From Candidatus Omnitrophota bacterium (GTDB taxonomy: Bacteria > Omnitrophota > Gorgyraeia > 2-01-FULL-45-10), in the NCBI GenBank assembly GCA_020057115.1, contig JAGVGJ010000002.1, positions 857-64,856 on the forward strand: 64,000 nucleotides of DNA. Direction: 5' to 3'. Below are positions 29,341 through 38,843 of the stretch, one piece after another. A program made the translations under genes and the position numbers. A model generated the notes under the pieces. That model was not told where the DNA came from, searched no databases, and saw only the letters and a list, made by a program, of their open reading frames with translations. How positions within the stretch are numbered: position 1 is the stretch's first letter; each line of letters begins with the position of its first letter.

Positions 29341-31593
29341 ATGAGCATAAGACAAGAGACATTGAGCAGGATCAATGGGATCGACATTGGAGGTGGCAAG
29401 ATGGGTGTGAGGCAGGAGACATTGAACAAGATAAAAGGCGTAGAGCTCAAGAAGATCGACATGCCTAAGAAGGTCTCTTCATATTTCGGCGAGAACACTT
29501 TCAGCATAACTGCCATGCAGAAGTACCTGTCAAAGAATACCTTTGACGCTTTTAAGAAATGGATGTCGGAAGGCGTTACGATATCCAAGGACCAGGCCGA
29601 TGAGATAGCCAATGCCATGAAAGACTGGGCTATGTCAAAAGGCGCCACATACTACACCCACTGGTTCCAACCTATGACAGGCCTCACAGCTGAAAAACAC
29701 GACAGCTTCATATCTATCACAGGGCCGGGAAAGGTAATAGAGAAGTTCTCCGGTTCAAAACTGATACAGGGTGAGCCTGATGCAAGCTCATTCCCATCCG
29801 GTGGCATACGCGCTACATTTGAAGCGCGCGGCTATACCGCATGGGACCCGTCAAGCCCGGCATTCATAATCGAATCACAGCTCGGGAAGACCCTTTGCAT
29901 ACCGACAATATTCATCTCCTATCACGGAGAGGCTCTTGATAAGAAATTGCCGCTCCTGCGTTCGGATGAGGCGCTTTCAAAGGCGGCCGTAAATCTCCTA
30001 AAGCTCTTCGGGCATAAGGATGTAAAGAAGGCCTTCTCCACATGCGGTCCGGAACAGGAATATTTCCTGATCGACAAGAATTACTACAACTTAAGGCAAG
30101 ACCTGGTCATGACAGGCCGCACGCTAGTCGGAGCCGCTTCTCCCAAGGGACAGCAGCTTGAAGACCAGTATTTTGGGACGATCAAGGAACGCGTAGTAAA
30201 CTATATGTTCGAGGTCGCGGAAGAGGCATATAAGCTGGGCATACCTGTAATGACAAGGCATAATGAGGTCGCTCCGCATCAATATGAGTTCGCTCCGATC
30301 TTCGAAGAATCCAATATAGCAGCAGACCATAACCAGCTCTTGATGGAGATAATGAAGAAGGTGGCTCTAAGACATAACATGGTCTGTCTCCTCCACGAGA
30401 AACCGTTCGCCGGCATTAACGGCAGCGGCAAGCATGTGAACTGGTCGTTGGGGGATGATAAGGGCAACAACCTCCTCAATCCCGGAGACACCCCTGAAGA
30501 CAGCCTTCAGTTCCTTGCCGTGCTCGCGGCAGTATTGAGAGCCGTATACCTGCATTCGGATCTTCTGCGCGCAAGCGTTGCCATGGCGGGAAATGAGCAC
30601 CGTCTCGGCGCCAATGAGGCCCCTCCGGCCATCATAAGCGTATTCCTGGGAGCGCAGCTTACAAAGGTCCTGGACGTGATCGAAAAGGGGGCAAAGTCCA
30701 GCGTATCGAAGAAAGATATCATCGATCTCGGGATCGCCAGGCTGCCAAGGTTCAATAAGGATGCGACCGACAGGAACAGGACTTCGCCATTCGCATTTAC
30801 AGGCAATAAGTTTGAGTTCAGGGCTGTCGGTTCAAGCCAGAACATATCTACGCCGATCACGATCGTTAACACGATCATCGCTGATTCGTTGGACTATGTT
30901 GCCGATAAGATCAAGAAGGCATCTAGCGGCAAGGATTTCAACACAGCGGCTCTGCAAGTAATAGCCCAGATAATCAAGGAGACTAAGGATATCCGCTTCG
31001 AAGGCAATAATTATGCCGAAGAGTGGGTGAAAGAGGCCAAGAAGAGAGGGCTGCCGAATATAGCCTCGACATACGAATCGCTAGAGGCTCTCACTAAAGA
31101 GAAGAACATAGCATTATTCGAAAAATACAAAGTCTTCTCAAAAGAGGAGCTCGTAGCCCGCTACCACATATGGATACACACCTATGACCTGATCCTAGAG
31201 ATAGAAGCCAATACGCTAGTCGAGATGGTCAATGCGAGCATCGTCCCGGCAGGTTATGAATACGAAAAACTCCTGGCCACCAATCTGGGCAGGCTGGCAG
31301 AACTAAAGAAGGTTGCCGGCATGAAGCTCGACACAGCGGTATTAAAGGACAAGGTCGAGCACTTAAAAGACGTTTCATCGAAGATATATTACGTAAGACG
31401 TAATACGGGCGAGATGGTAAAGCTCCTTGAAAAGGCTCACACATTGTCGGCTGAGAAGCGCGCCGAGCTGTATTTCGAGGAGTTAAAGCCGCTTATGGAC
31501 CACATCAGGAAGCACGTGGATCAGCTCGAATGCGTCGTTTCAGACGAGCATTGGGATCTGCCGAAGTACAGAGAGATGTTGTTCATTAAATAG
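29341..31593 (+). CDS. glnA: Glutamine synthetase type III
   Basis: THWFQPMTGLTAEKHDSF, GEPDASSFPSGG, HEKPFAGINGSGKH and DRNRTSPFAFTGNKFEFR; ~730-750 aa; alternative start 29401. Confidence 0.95.
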   Translation: MSIRQETLSRINGIDIGGGKMGVRQETLNKIKGVELKKIDMPKKVSSYFGENTFSITAMQKYLSKNTFDAFKKWMSEGVTISKDQADEIANAMKDWAMSKGATYYTHWFQPMTGLTAEKHDSFISITGPGKVIEKFSGSKLIQGEPDASSFPSGGIRATFEARGYTAWDPSSPAFIIESQLGKTLCIPTIFISYHGEALDKKLPLLRSDEALSKAAVNLLKLFGHKDVKKAFSTCGPEQEYFLIDKNYYNLRQDLVMTGRTLVGAASPKGQQLEDQYFGTIKERVVNYMFEVAEEAYKLGIPVMTRHNEVAPHQYEFAPIFEESNIAADHNQLLMEIMKKVALRHNMVCLLHEKPFAGINGSGKHVNWSLGDDKGNNLLNPGDTPEDSLQFLAVLAAVLRAVYLHSDLLRASVAMAGNEHRLGANEAPPAIISVFLGAQLTKVLDVIEKGAKSSVSKKDIIDLGIARLPRFNKDATDRNRTSPFAFTGNKFEFRAVGSSQNISTPITIVNTIIADSLDYVADKIKKASSGKDFNTAALQVIAQIIKETKDIRFEGNNYAEEWVKEAKKRGLPNIASTYESLEALTKEKNIALFEKYKVFSKEELVARYHIWIHTYDLILEIEANTLVEMVNASIVPAGYEYEKLLATNLGRLAELKKVAGMKLDTAVLKDKVEHLKDVSSKIYYVRRNTGEMVKLLEKAHTLSAEKRAELYFEELKPLMDHIRKHVDQLECVVSDEHWDLPKYREMLFIK

Positions 31594-31623
31594 GGTCCAG
31601 GGGCCAGGGTCAAGGGTCCAGGG
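31592..31623 (+). repeat. Heptamer tandem repeat (AGGGTCC-like x4.5)
   Basis: AGGGTCC AGGGGCC AGGGTCA AGGGTCC AGGG. Confidence 0.8.
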
Positions 31624-31639
31624 AAAAGAAAAAATTATA

Positions 31640-31728
31640 AAGCACAGGGTCGTGCTTAGATAGAGACAAAAGAACAGAGGCGTTCAAAAAGGTCGAATCG
31701 TACCGGCCTGTTTGAACGCCTCATTTTT
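31640..31728 (+). promoter_or_regulatory. ANTAR dual-hairpin leader and terminator upstream of the GATase-gltBD block
   Basis: AAGCAC[AGGGTC]GTGCTT and GAAC[AGAGGC]GTTC; terminator GAGGCGTTCAAA/TTTGAACGCCTC-ATTTTT. Confidence 0.8.
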
Positions 31729-31730
31729 AT

Positions 31731-32441
31731 ATGAAAAAAATACTGATAATAAAACATGTGGACATAGAGGGCCCGGGGACGATCGAAGAGTTCCTTGTCG
31801 ATTCGGGCTGGAATGTGTCGCAAATTAACCTCGGCTCAGGCGAGATGCTGCCGGCATCGCCGGAAGGGATGGATGCGGTCATATGTATGGGCGGCCCGAT
31901 GAACGCCTACGAGGAAGAGAAATATCCGTTCCTTAAGAATGAGGATGCATTCATTAAGCAGGTAATAGCTTTCAGGATCCCTTTCCTCGGCCTATGCCTG
32001 GGCGCCCAATTGCTCGCAAAGGCTGCGGGCGCAAAAGTGATGAAGGCGCCCGCTAAAGAGATCGGCTGGTACCAGGTAAGCCTTACAAAGGATGGAAAAA
32101 AAGACAGGCTCTTTAGGAGCGCTCCTTCTAACTTTATGGTATTCCAATGGCATGAAGACACTTTCGAGCTGCCCGAGAATGGCGTATTGCTGGCGAGATC
32201 CGACCGGTGCGAGAACCAGGCATTTCGCATCGGCAAGAATGCGTACGGCCTGCAATTCCATATCGAAGTAACACCGCCTATGATAGAAAGCTGGCTGACC
32301 GAAGGCAATATACAGAAGAATGACTCCAGGGCCATGCTAGATGAAGCATATTTAAGGAAAGAATCATATAGCAGCCAGGCTAATTCAATATACATGGATT
32401 TCGCTGATATAATAAAAAGCTCGGAAATTAGAAGAGCATAA
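31731..32441 (+). CDS. Class I glutamine amidotransferase (GMP synthase-like, stand-alone)
   Basis: MGGPM, GLCLGAQL, QWHEDTF and LQFHIE. Confidence 0.9.
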   Translation: MKKILIIKHVDIEGPGTIEEFLVDSGWNVSQINLGSGEMLPASPEGMDAVICMGGPMNAYEEEKYPFLKNEDAFIKQVIAFRIPFLGLCLGAQLLAKAAGAKVMKAPAKEIGWYQVSLTKDGKKDRLFRSAPSNFMVFQWHEDTFELPENGVLLARSDRCENQAFRIGKNAYGLQFHIEVTPPMIESWLTEGNIQKNDSRAMLDEAYLRKESYSSQANSIYMDFADIIKSSEIRRA

Positions 32442-32458
32442 AAAATTTTTAAGTTTTA

Positions 32459-32477
32459 ATGCCTAAGCATTAGGCAT
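32459..32477. promoter_or_regulatory. Palindromic operator-like site ATGCCTAA-GCA-TTAGGCAT
   Basis: Perfect 8-bp arms directly before the RBS of the Fis-type HTH gene. Confidence 0.5.
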
Positions 32478-32489
32478 GAGGTGCTAAAG

Positions 32490-32870
32490 ATGATAACCAT
32501 CTTGATAGATGACAACGAAAACAAGTTGAAAGAGCTGCTGAGCGGATTTTTGCGCAGAGAAGGATATGTCACCCAGCCGGACGAGAATGACCCTAGCATA
32601 ATAAAAGTCGTGCCGAAGGAGATCCACGACGGCAAATTCTCCTTAAAGAACAAGATCGTCGAGCTAGAAAACTCTTTATATTATCAGAAAAAGGGTGTAT
32701 TATATAAATCCATTTTAGAAAATGTCGAGAAGCCCATGATAGAGCATGCTCTTGAGCGCACCGAAGGAAATCAGCTCAAGGCGGCAAAGATGCTGGGCAT
32801 GAACCGGAATACGATACGCGCAAAGATAAAGAAGCTCGGCATAGACTTAACGAGATGGAAGGACCATTAA
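32490..32870 (+). CDS. Fis-type (HTH_8) DNA-binding protein with degenerate receiver-like N-terminus
   Basis: VEKPMIEHALERTEGNQLKAAKMLGMNRNTIRAKIKKLG; GAGGTG RBS. Confidence 0.8.
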   Translation: MITILIDDNENKLKELLSGFLRREGYVTQPDENDPSIIKVVPKEIHDGKFSLKNKIVELENSLYYQKKGVLYKSILENVEKPMIEHALERTEGNQLKAAKMLGMNRNTIRAKIKKLGIDLTRWKDH

Positions 32871-32871
32871 A

Positions 32872-35800
32872 ATGACGAATTACCATCTTCCGAAAAAACA
32901 GGGACTTTACGATCCGGCATACGAACATGATGCCTGCGGGGTAGGCTTTGTCTGCAACATAAAAGGCGAGAGGTCAAACGAGATCGTAAAACAGGGACTC
33001 GAGGTATTGAACCGCCTCGCTAACAGGGGCGCTACGGGATCCGACCCTAAAACCGGCGACGGCGCGGGCATCCTCATGCAGATGCCGCATGAGTTCTTCG
33101 CTAAGGCATGTCAGAGCGCTAAGATAGATCTCCCGTCTTCGGGCGATTATGCTACAGGCCTGGTATTCCTGCCAACGGATACAAAAGAACGCGAGTTCTG
33201 TAAAGGCGTATTCAAGGCGGCCGTTGAAAAAGACGGGCAGGCGCTTATCGGCTGGCGCATTGTGCCGGTAGATGATTCGGACATAGGCCAGACCGCCAAA
33301 CAGACAGAACCCGTCATCGAGCAGCCATTTATCAGAAAGGCAGACGGCATAAAAAACTCTCTGGAATTCGAGAGGCGCCTCTACATAATAAGAAAGAAAA
33401 TAGAGAACGCTATACGCTCGTCTGATATTAAGCAGAGATCCTTCTTCTACATAACCAATCTCTCAAGCCGCACATTCTCGTATAAGGGCCTCTTGATGCC
33501 GCACCAGCTGGGCAATTTCTTCCCGGACTTAAAAGAGAGCTCCATCCAAAGCGCTATATCCCTTGTCCATTCACGCTATAGCACCAACACCTTCCCTACA
33601 TGGGACTTATCGCAGCCATTCCGTTTCCTTGCCCATAACGGCGAGATAAACACTCTTCGGGGAAATATCAACTGGATGGCCGCAAGAGAAGGGCTGCTCA
33701 AGAGCAAGCTCTTCGGGAAAGATATCAATAAGATATCTCCTATAATAGTTCCGGGCGGTAGCGACTCTGCGGCTCTAGATAATGTATTTGAGCTTCTGGT
33801 CCTATCCGGCAGGCCCATACATCATGCGATGATGATGCTCATCCCGGCGGCATGGCAGCAGGATAAGCTCATGGACAACAAGCTTAAAGATTTCTATCGC
33901 TACCACGCCTGCCTCACCGAGCCGTGGGATGGACCGGCAGCGATAGCATTTACTGACGGAACAAGGATAGGTGCAGTCCTTGATAGAAATGGCTTAAGAC
34001 CGGCTCGTTATATAGTTACAAAGACCGGTATGGTCGTTATGGCCTCGGAAGCCGGAGTGCTTGATATTGACGCAAAAGATATTGCTATATCAGGCAGGCT
34101 TGAGCCAGGCAAGACATTCTTCATAGACACCGAAGCCGGGCGCATCATAAATGATGCGGAGCTTAAGAAGGAGACGGCTGAAAAACAACCTTACTCGAAA
34201 TGGCTCAAGGATCACCTGAAGAACTTGGATGATCTGCCGGGACATAAAGCTGCTAAAGGGAAGACCGGCGATACGCTCACAGCCTTAAAGGCATTCGGAT
34301 ATACGCGGGAAGACCTGCGGATGATAATCAAGCCGATGGCCGCAAAAGGCCAGGAGCCTATCGGCTCCATGGGCAATGACGCGCCTCATGCTGTCATATC
34401 CAAGAAGCCGCATCTCTTATATACATACTTCAAGCATCTTTTTGCCCAGGTCACCAATCCTGCCATAGACCCGATAAGGGAAGAGCTTGTTATGAGCCTC
34501 GACAGTTATATCGGACCCGAAGAGAACCTGCTTGATGAGACACCGGAACATTGCAATAAACTCAAGGTTTCAAAGCCCATACTTAGCAATGAGGAGCTTG
34601 AAAAGATACGTCATATCAAGGTGAATGGCTTCCGGACCCGCACTATCCCGATATTGTTCAGCGCTTCGGACAGCAAAGACTTCACAAAAACCCTTGATGC
34701 CATATGCAGCCAGACCGTGAAAGCGATCAGGGATGGATACACTTTCGTCATATTGAGCGACCGCGGAGTGAATAAAGCTAAAGCTGCGCTGCCGGCCCTT
34801 TTGGCCACAGGGGCCGTCCACCAATACCTTATCAAGAAAGCCATGCGCACGCAGATAGGCATAATAGTGGAGAGCGCCGAGCCCAGAGAAGTACACCATT
34901 TCGCTCTTCTCTTCGGTTATGGCGCAGATTGCGTAAATCCATATCTTGCTTACGAAGCAGTCGAATACCTGGTAAAGGAAGGCGAGCTTGATATCGACGC
35001 GAAGAACGCTGTGTCTAATTACAAAAAAGCGATCAATAAAGGCATCCTTAAAATACTTTCGAAGATGGGCATCTCTACATTACAGAGCTACCGCGGAGCG
35101 CAGATATTCGAGGCATTGGGTATAGGCGAGAAAGTAATAGCTAAATGTTTTACAGGAACTCCTTCCCGTATAGGCGGCGTAGACTTCGAGGTGCTCGGCA
35201 AGGAATGCCTCATAAGGCATGAAGATGCATATCCGAAAGACGCCGTACGATCTCCGATCCTTCCGCCCGGCGGCATATATCAATGGCGCATGGACGGGGA
35301 TTTTCACCTTTGGAATCCCGACTCGATTGCAGCCCTCCAGGATGCCACAAGATTCAATGACCGGGAAAGATATAAGGAATTTGCAAGGCTGATAAATGAC
35401 CAGTCAGATAATCCGTGCACATTGAGAGGGTTGCTGCGATTTAAGCCGGGAAAGCCTATCACAATAGATGAAGTAGAGCCTTTCGAGGAGATAGTGAAGC
35501 GTTTCGCTACCGGAGCTATGAGCTTCGGTTCGATAAGTAAAGGCGCCCACGAGACGCTCGCCATCGCTATGAACCGCCTGAAAGCAAAGTCCAATACCGG
35601 AGAGGGCGGGGAAGATCCTGCAAGGTTCCAGTCTCTCCCGAACGGTGACTCTGCAAGGAGCGCTATCAAGCAAGTCGCATCCGGCAGATTCGGCGTGACC
35701 ACAAATTATCTTATAAACGCGGACGAGCTCCAAATAAAGATAGCGCAAGGCGCAAAACCCGGAGAGGGCGGGCAGCTGCCCGGGCACAAGGTAAGCGCCA

Positions 35801-37401
35801 TCATCGCGAAGACACGCTACACCACTCCGAGAGTTACCCTGATATCGCCTCCGCCTCATCATGATATCTACTCCATTGAGGACCTGGCACAGCTTATATT
35901 TGACTTAAAAAATGTCAACCCTCGCGCCAGGATAAGCGTGAAGCTCGTATCCGAAATAGGCGTTGGCACAGTAGCGGCCGGCGTCGCCAAGGGCCATGCA
36001 GACATGATCCTGATATCGGGAGGGGATGGCGGGACAGGCGCATCGCCTTTAAGCTCCATAAAACACGCCGGGCTTCCGTGGGAGCTCGGATTATCCGAAG
36101 CCCACCAGACCCTTGTCCTGAATGACTTGAGAAGCCGGGTGCGACTTCAGACCGACGGCCAGATGCGGACCGGCCGGGATGTCGCTATAGCCGCTATGTT
36201 GGGAGCCGAAGAGTTCGGATTCTGCACGGCAGCCCTGATAGTATTGGGATGCGTGATGCTGAGGCATTGCCATCTCAACAACTGTTCTGTCGGAGTCGCG
36301 ACCCAGGACGAGATACTCGAGAAACATTTCAGGGGCAAGCCGGAATATGTGATCAATTATTTCCGGTTCGTCATAGAAGAATTGCGCGAGATAATGGCAT
36401 CCCTCGGGATACGCAAGCTTGATGAGATGGTTGGAAGGTCGGACCTGTTAGAGACCAACTCGGACATCCTTCCATGGAAAGCAAAAGGAATAGATTTTTC
36501 CCGCATACTATACAAGCCTGAAGTCCCGTCTTCGGTGGGGATCTATTGCACAAAAGCTCAGGACCATGGTATCGACAAAACATTGGACCGGAAACTTATA
36601 GAGCTGTCTAAGGATGCCCTGGAAAGGGCTGAAGCCGTAAAAATATCCTTACCGATAAGTAATGTCAACAGGACCGCCGGCGCCACACTATCCGGAGAGG
36701 TCTGCAGGATATGGGGAGAGAATGGCCTTGCCGAAGATACTATACACTGCAAGTTTAAAGGCGTGGCAGGGCAGAGTTTCGGTGCATTTCTTGCCAAGGG
36801 CGTCACGTTCGAGCTCGAAGGCATGGCGAACGATTATGTCGGTAAAGGCATATCATCCGGCAAGATCATCATCTATCCCGATAAGAATGCCGGATATAAG
36901 CCGGAAGAGAATATAATAATCGGCAATACCACTTTCTACGGCGCCATAAAGGGAGAGGCCTACATACGTGGGATGGCCGGGGAGAGGTTCTGCATAAGAA
37001 ACTCCGGGCTTCTGGCTGTAGTCGAAGGCGTAGGCGACCATGGATGCGAATACATGACCGGCGGGCGCGTCATAGTGCTGGGCAAGACCGGCAGGAACTT
37101 CGGCGCCGGCATGTCAGGAGGGATCGCGTATATCTATGACGAATCCGGAGACTTCAAATACAAATGCAACACCGAGATGGTAGAGCTTGAGAAAGTCGGA
37201 AGAGATGACCTCCTGATTATTAATGACCTTCTTATTAATCATTACAGGTACACTCAAAGCCCTATCGCGAAGAAAATAATCGACGATTTCAAGTCAAACA
37301 TTAAGAAATTCATAAAGGTCATGCCGACAGAATACAAGCGCATTTTAGACACAAAGAAGATGGACGAGAAGTTGGACCTAACAGAGGTATCAGATGGGTG
37401 A
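32872..37401 (+). CDS. gltB: Glutamate synthase large subunit
   Basis: EHDACGVGF, HNGEINT, KIAQGAKPGEGGQLPG, CHLNNC and GXGXG repeats. Confidence 0.97.
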   Translation: MTNYHLPKKQGLYDPAYEHDACGVGFVCNIKGERSNEIVKQGLEVLNRLANRGATGSDPKTGDGAGILMQMPHEFFAKACQSAKIDLPSSGDYATGLVFLPTDTKEREFCKGVFKAAVEKDGQALIGWRIVPVDDSDIGQTAKQTEPVIEQPFIRKADGIKNSLEFERRLYIIRKKIENAIRSSDIKQRSFFYITNLSSRTFSYKGLLMPHQLGNFFPDLKESSIQSAISLVHSRYSTNTFPTWDLSQPFRFLAHNGEINTLRGNINWMAAREGLLKSKLFGKDINKISPIIVPGGSDSAALDNVFELLVLSGRPIHHAMMMLIPAAWQQDKLMDNKLKDFYRYHACLTEPWDGPAAIAFTDGTRIGAVLDRNGLRPARYIVTKTGMVVMASEAGVLDIDAKDIAISGRLEPGKTFFIDTEAGRIINDAELKKETAEKQPYSKWLKDHLKNLDDLPGHKAAKGKTGDTLTALKAFGYTREDLRMIIKPMAAKGQEPIGSMGNDAPHAVISKKPHLLYTYFKHLFAQVTNPAIDPIREELVMSLDSYIGPEENLLDETPEHCNKLKVSKPILSNEELEKIRHIKVNGFRTRTIPILFSASDSKDFTKTLDAICSQTVKAIRDGYTFVILSDRGVNKAKAALPALLATGAVHQYLIKKAMRTQIGIIVESAEPREVHHFALLFGYGADCVNPYLAYEAVEYLVKEGELDIDAKNAVSNYKKAINKGILKILSKMGISTLQSYRGAQIFEALGIGEKVIAKCFTGTPSRIGGVDFEVLGKECLIRHEDAYPKDAVRSPILPPGGIYQWRMDGDFHLWNPDSIAALQDATRFNDRERYKEFARLINDQSDNPCTLRGLLRFKPGKPITIDEVEPFEEIVKRFATGAMSFGSISKGAHETLAIAMNRLKAKSNTGEGGEDPARFQSLPNGDSARSAIKQVASGRFGVTTNYLINADELQIKIAQGAKPGEGGQLPGHKVSAIIAKTRYTTPRVTLISPPPHHDIYSIEDLAQLIFDLKNVNPRARISVKLVSEIGVGTVAAGVAKGHADMILISGGDGGTGASPLSSIKHAGLPWELGLSEAHQTLVLNDLRSRVRLQTDGQMRTGRDVAIAAMLGAEEFGFCTAALIVLGCVMLRHCHLNNCSVGVATQDEILEKHFRGKPEYVINYFRFVIEELREIMASLGIRKLDEMVGRSDLLETNSDILPWKAKGIDFSRILYKPEVPSSVGIYCTKAQDHGIDKTLDRKLIELSKDALERAEAVKISLPISNVNRTAGATLSGEVCRIWGENGLAEDTIHCKFKGVAGQSFGAFLAKGVTFELEGMANDYVGKGISSGKIIIYPDKNAGYKPEENIIIGNTTFYGAIKGEAYIRGMAGERFCIRNSGLLAVVEGVGDHGCEYMTGGRVIVLGKTGRNFGAGMSGGIAYIYDESGDFKYKCNTEMVELEKVGRDDLLIINDLLINHYRYTQSPIAKKIIDDFKSNIKKFIKVMPTEYKRILDTKKMDEKLDLTEVSDG

Positions 37402-38836
37402 TCCTAAAGGTTTCCTGAAACTTAAGAGACTATATTCGCTATACAGGCCTGTATGCGAGCGCGTAAAAGACTATGCGGAAGTCTCCGTATTGCGCACCGA
37501 TAAGCTGACCGAAGAGCAGAGTTCCCGCTGCATGGACTGCGGCACGCCATTCTGCCACTGGGGATGCCCGATCGGGAATGTCATACCTGAATGGAATGAC
37601 CTTGTGTTCCACAAGAAATGGGGTAAAGCCTTAGAGCTTTTGCATGCAACAAACAATCTTCCGGAGATAACGGGAAGGCTATGCCCGGCACTATGCGAAG
37701 CGGCATGCGTCCTGGGTATCAATGACGACCCGGTGACCATCCGGGAAAATGAATTAGGCATAATCGAGCATGCCTTTAAAGCCGGCTTGATAAAACCCAG
37801 GCCGTCCAAGAAGCGGACCGGAAAAAAAATAGCCGTGATAGGTTCCGGCCCGACAGGGCTTGCTGCAGCCGACCAATTGAATAAGGCGGGTCATGAAGTC
37901 ACAGTTTTTGAGAAGGATGATAAGATAGGCGGCATTCTAAGATACGGGATACCGGACTTTAAACTTGAAAAGACTATAATCGACAGGCGCGCCAAACTGT
38001 TAGCGAAAGAGGGCATAAAATTCAAGCCCGGTGTCGAGGCCGGAACTGATATCTTGACCTCAAAACTCAAAAAAGATTTTGATGCTATATGTCTTGCAGG
38101 AGGAAGCCGCGTGCCGCGCGACTTAAAGATAGATGGCAGGGAACTTGACGGCATATATTTTGCAATGGACTTCCTTATACAGGCCAACAGATGCGCCTCT
38201 GGCGAAAAGATAGCGCCCGATAAGATCATAAACGCCAAAGGCAAAAAGGTCGTAGTGATAGGCGGCGGGGATACCGGCGCTGACTGCGTCGGCACAAGCC
38301 ACAGGCAGGGCGCGAGTTGCGTTGTCCAGATAGAGGTCCTGCCGCAGCCTCCGGAGTGCCGCACAAAGGAATACCCATGGCCAAAATACCCGCTCTTGTT
38401 AAAAACATCTTCAAGCCACGAAGAAGGCGGAGAACGCCACTGGGCTGTCCTCACAAAAAAATTCAGCGGGAAAAACGGCCATGTAACGAAGCTTTCATGC
38501 GTCAGGGTGGAGTTCAATAAAGACGATAAGGGCTGCCCGGTGATGCAAGAAGTTCCGAGAAGCGAATTTGCAATAGAGACTGATATGGTTATTCTGGCGG
38601 TCGGATTCCTTCATCCGGAACACAATAAGCTTTTAAAAGACCTGGGAGTGCAATTCGACCATAGGGGTAATGTCAAAACGGATGCATCGTATGCGACTTC
38701 AGCAAAAGGCGTATTCTCAGCAGGCGATATGAGAAGAGGGCAATCGCTCATAGTCTGGGCGATATCAGAAGGAAGACGCGCCGCATATTCCATCGACAAG
38801 TATCTGATGGGAACAACGCGCCTGCCTCCGGGATAA
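37394..38836 (+). CDS. gltD: Glutamate synthase small subunit
   Basis: RCMDCGTPFC, GSGPTG, GGGDTGADC and GDMRRGQSLIVWAI. Confidence 0.96.
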   Translation: MGDPKGFLKLKRLYSLYRPVCERVKDYAEVSVLRTDKLTEEQSSRCMDCGTPFCHWGCPIGNVIPEWNDLVFHKKWGKALELLHATNNLPEITGRLCPALCEAACVLGINDDPVTIRENELGIIEHAFKAGLIKPRPSKKRTGKKIAVIGSGPTGLAAADQLNKAGHEVTVFEKDDKIGGILRYGIPDFKLEKTIIDRRAKLLAKEGIKFKPGVEAGTDILTSKLKKDFDAICLAGGSRVPRDLKIDGRELDGIYFAMDFLIQANRCASGEKIAPDKIINAKGKKVVVIGGGDTGADCVGTSHRQGASCVVQIEVLPQPPECRTKEYPWPKYPLLLKTSSSHEEGGERHWAVLTKKFSGKNGHVTKLSCVRVEFNKDDKGCPVMQEVPRSEFAIETDMVILAVGFLHPEHNKLLKDLGVQFDHRGNVKTDASYATSAKGVFSAGDMRRGQSLIVWAISEGRRAAYSIDKYLMGTTRLPPG

Positions 38837-38843
38837 TGATCTT

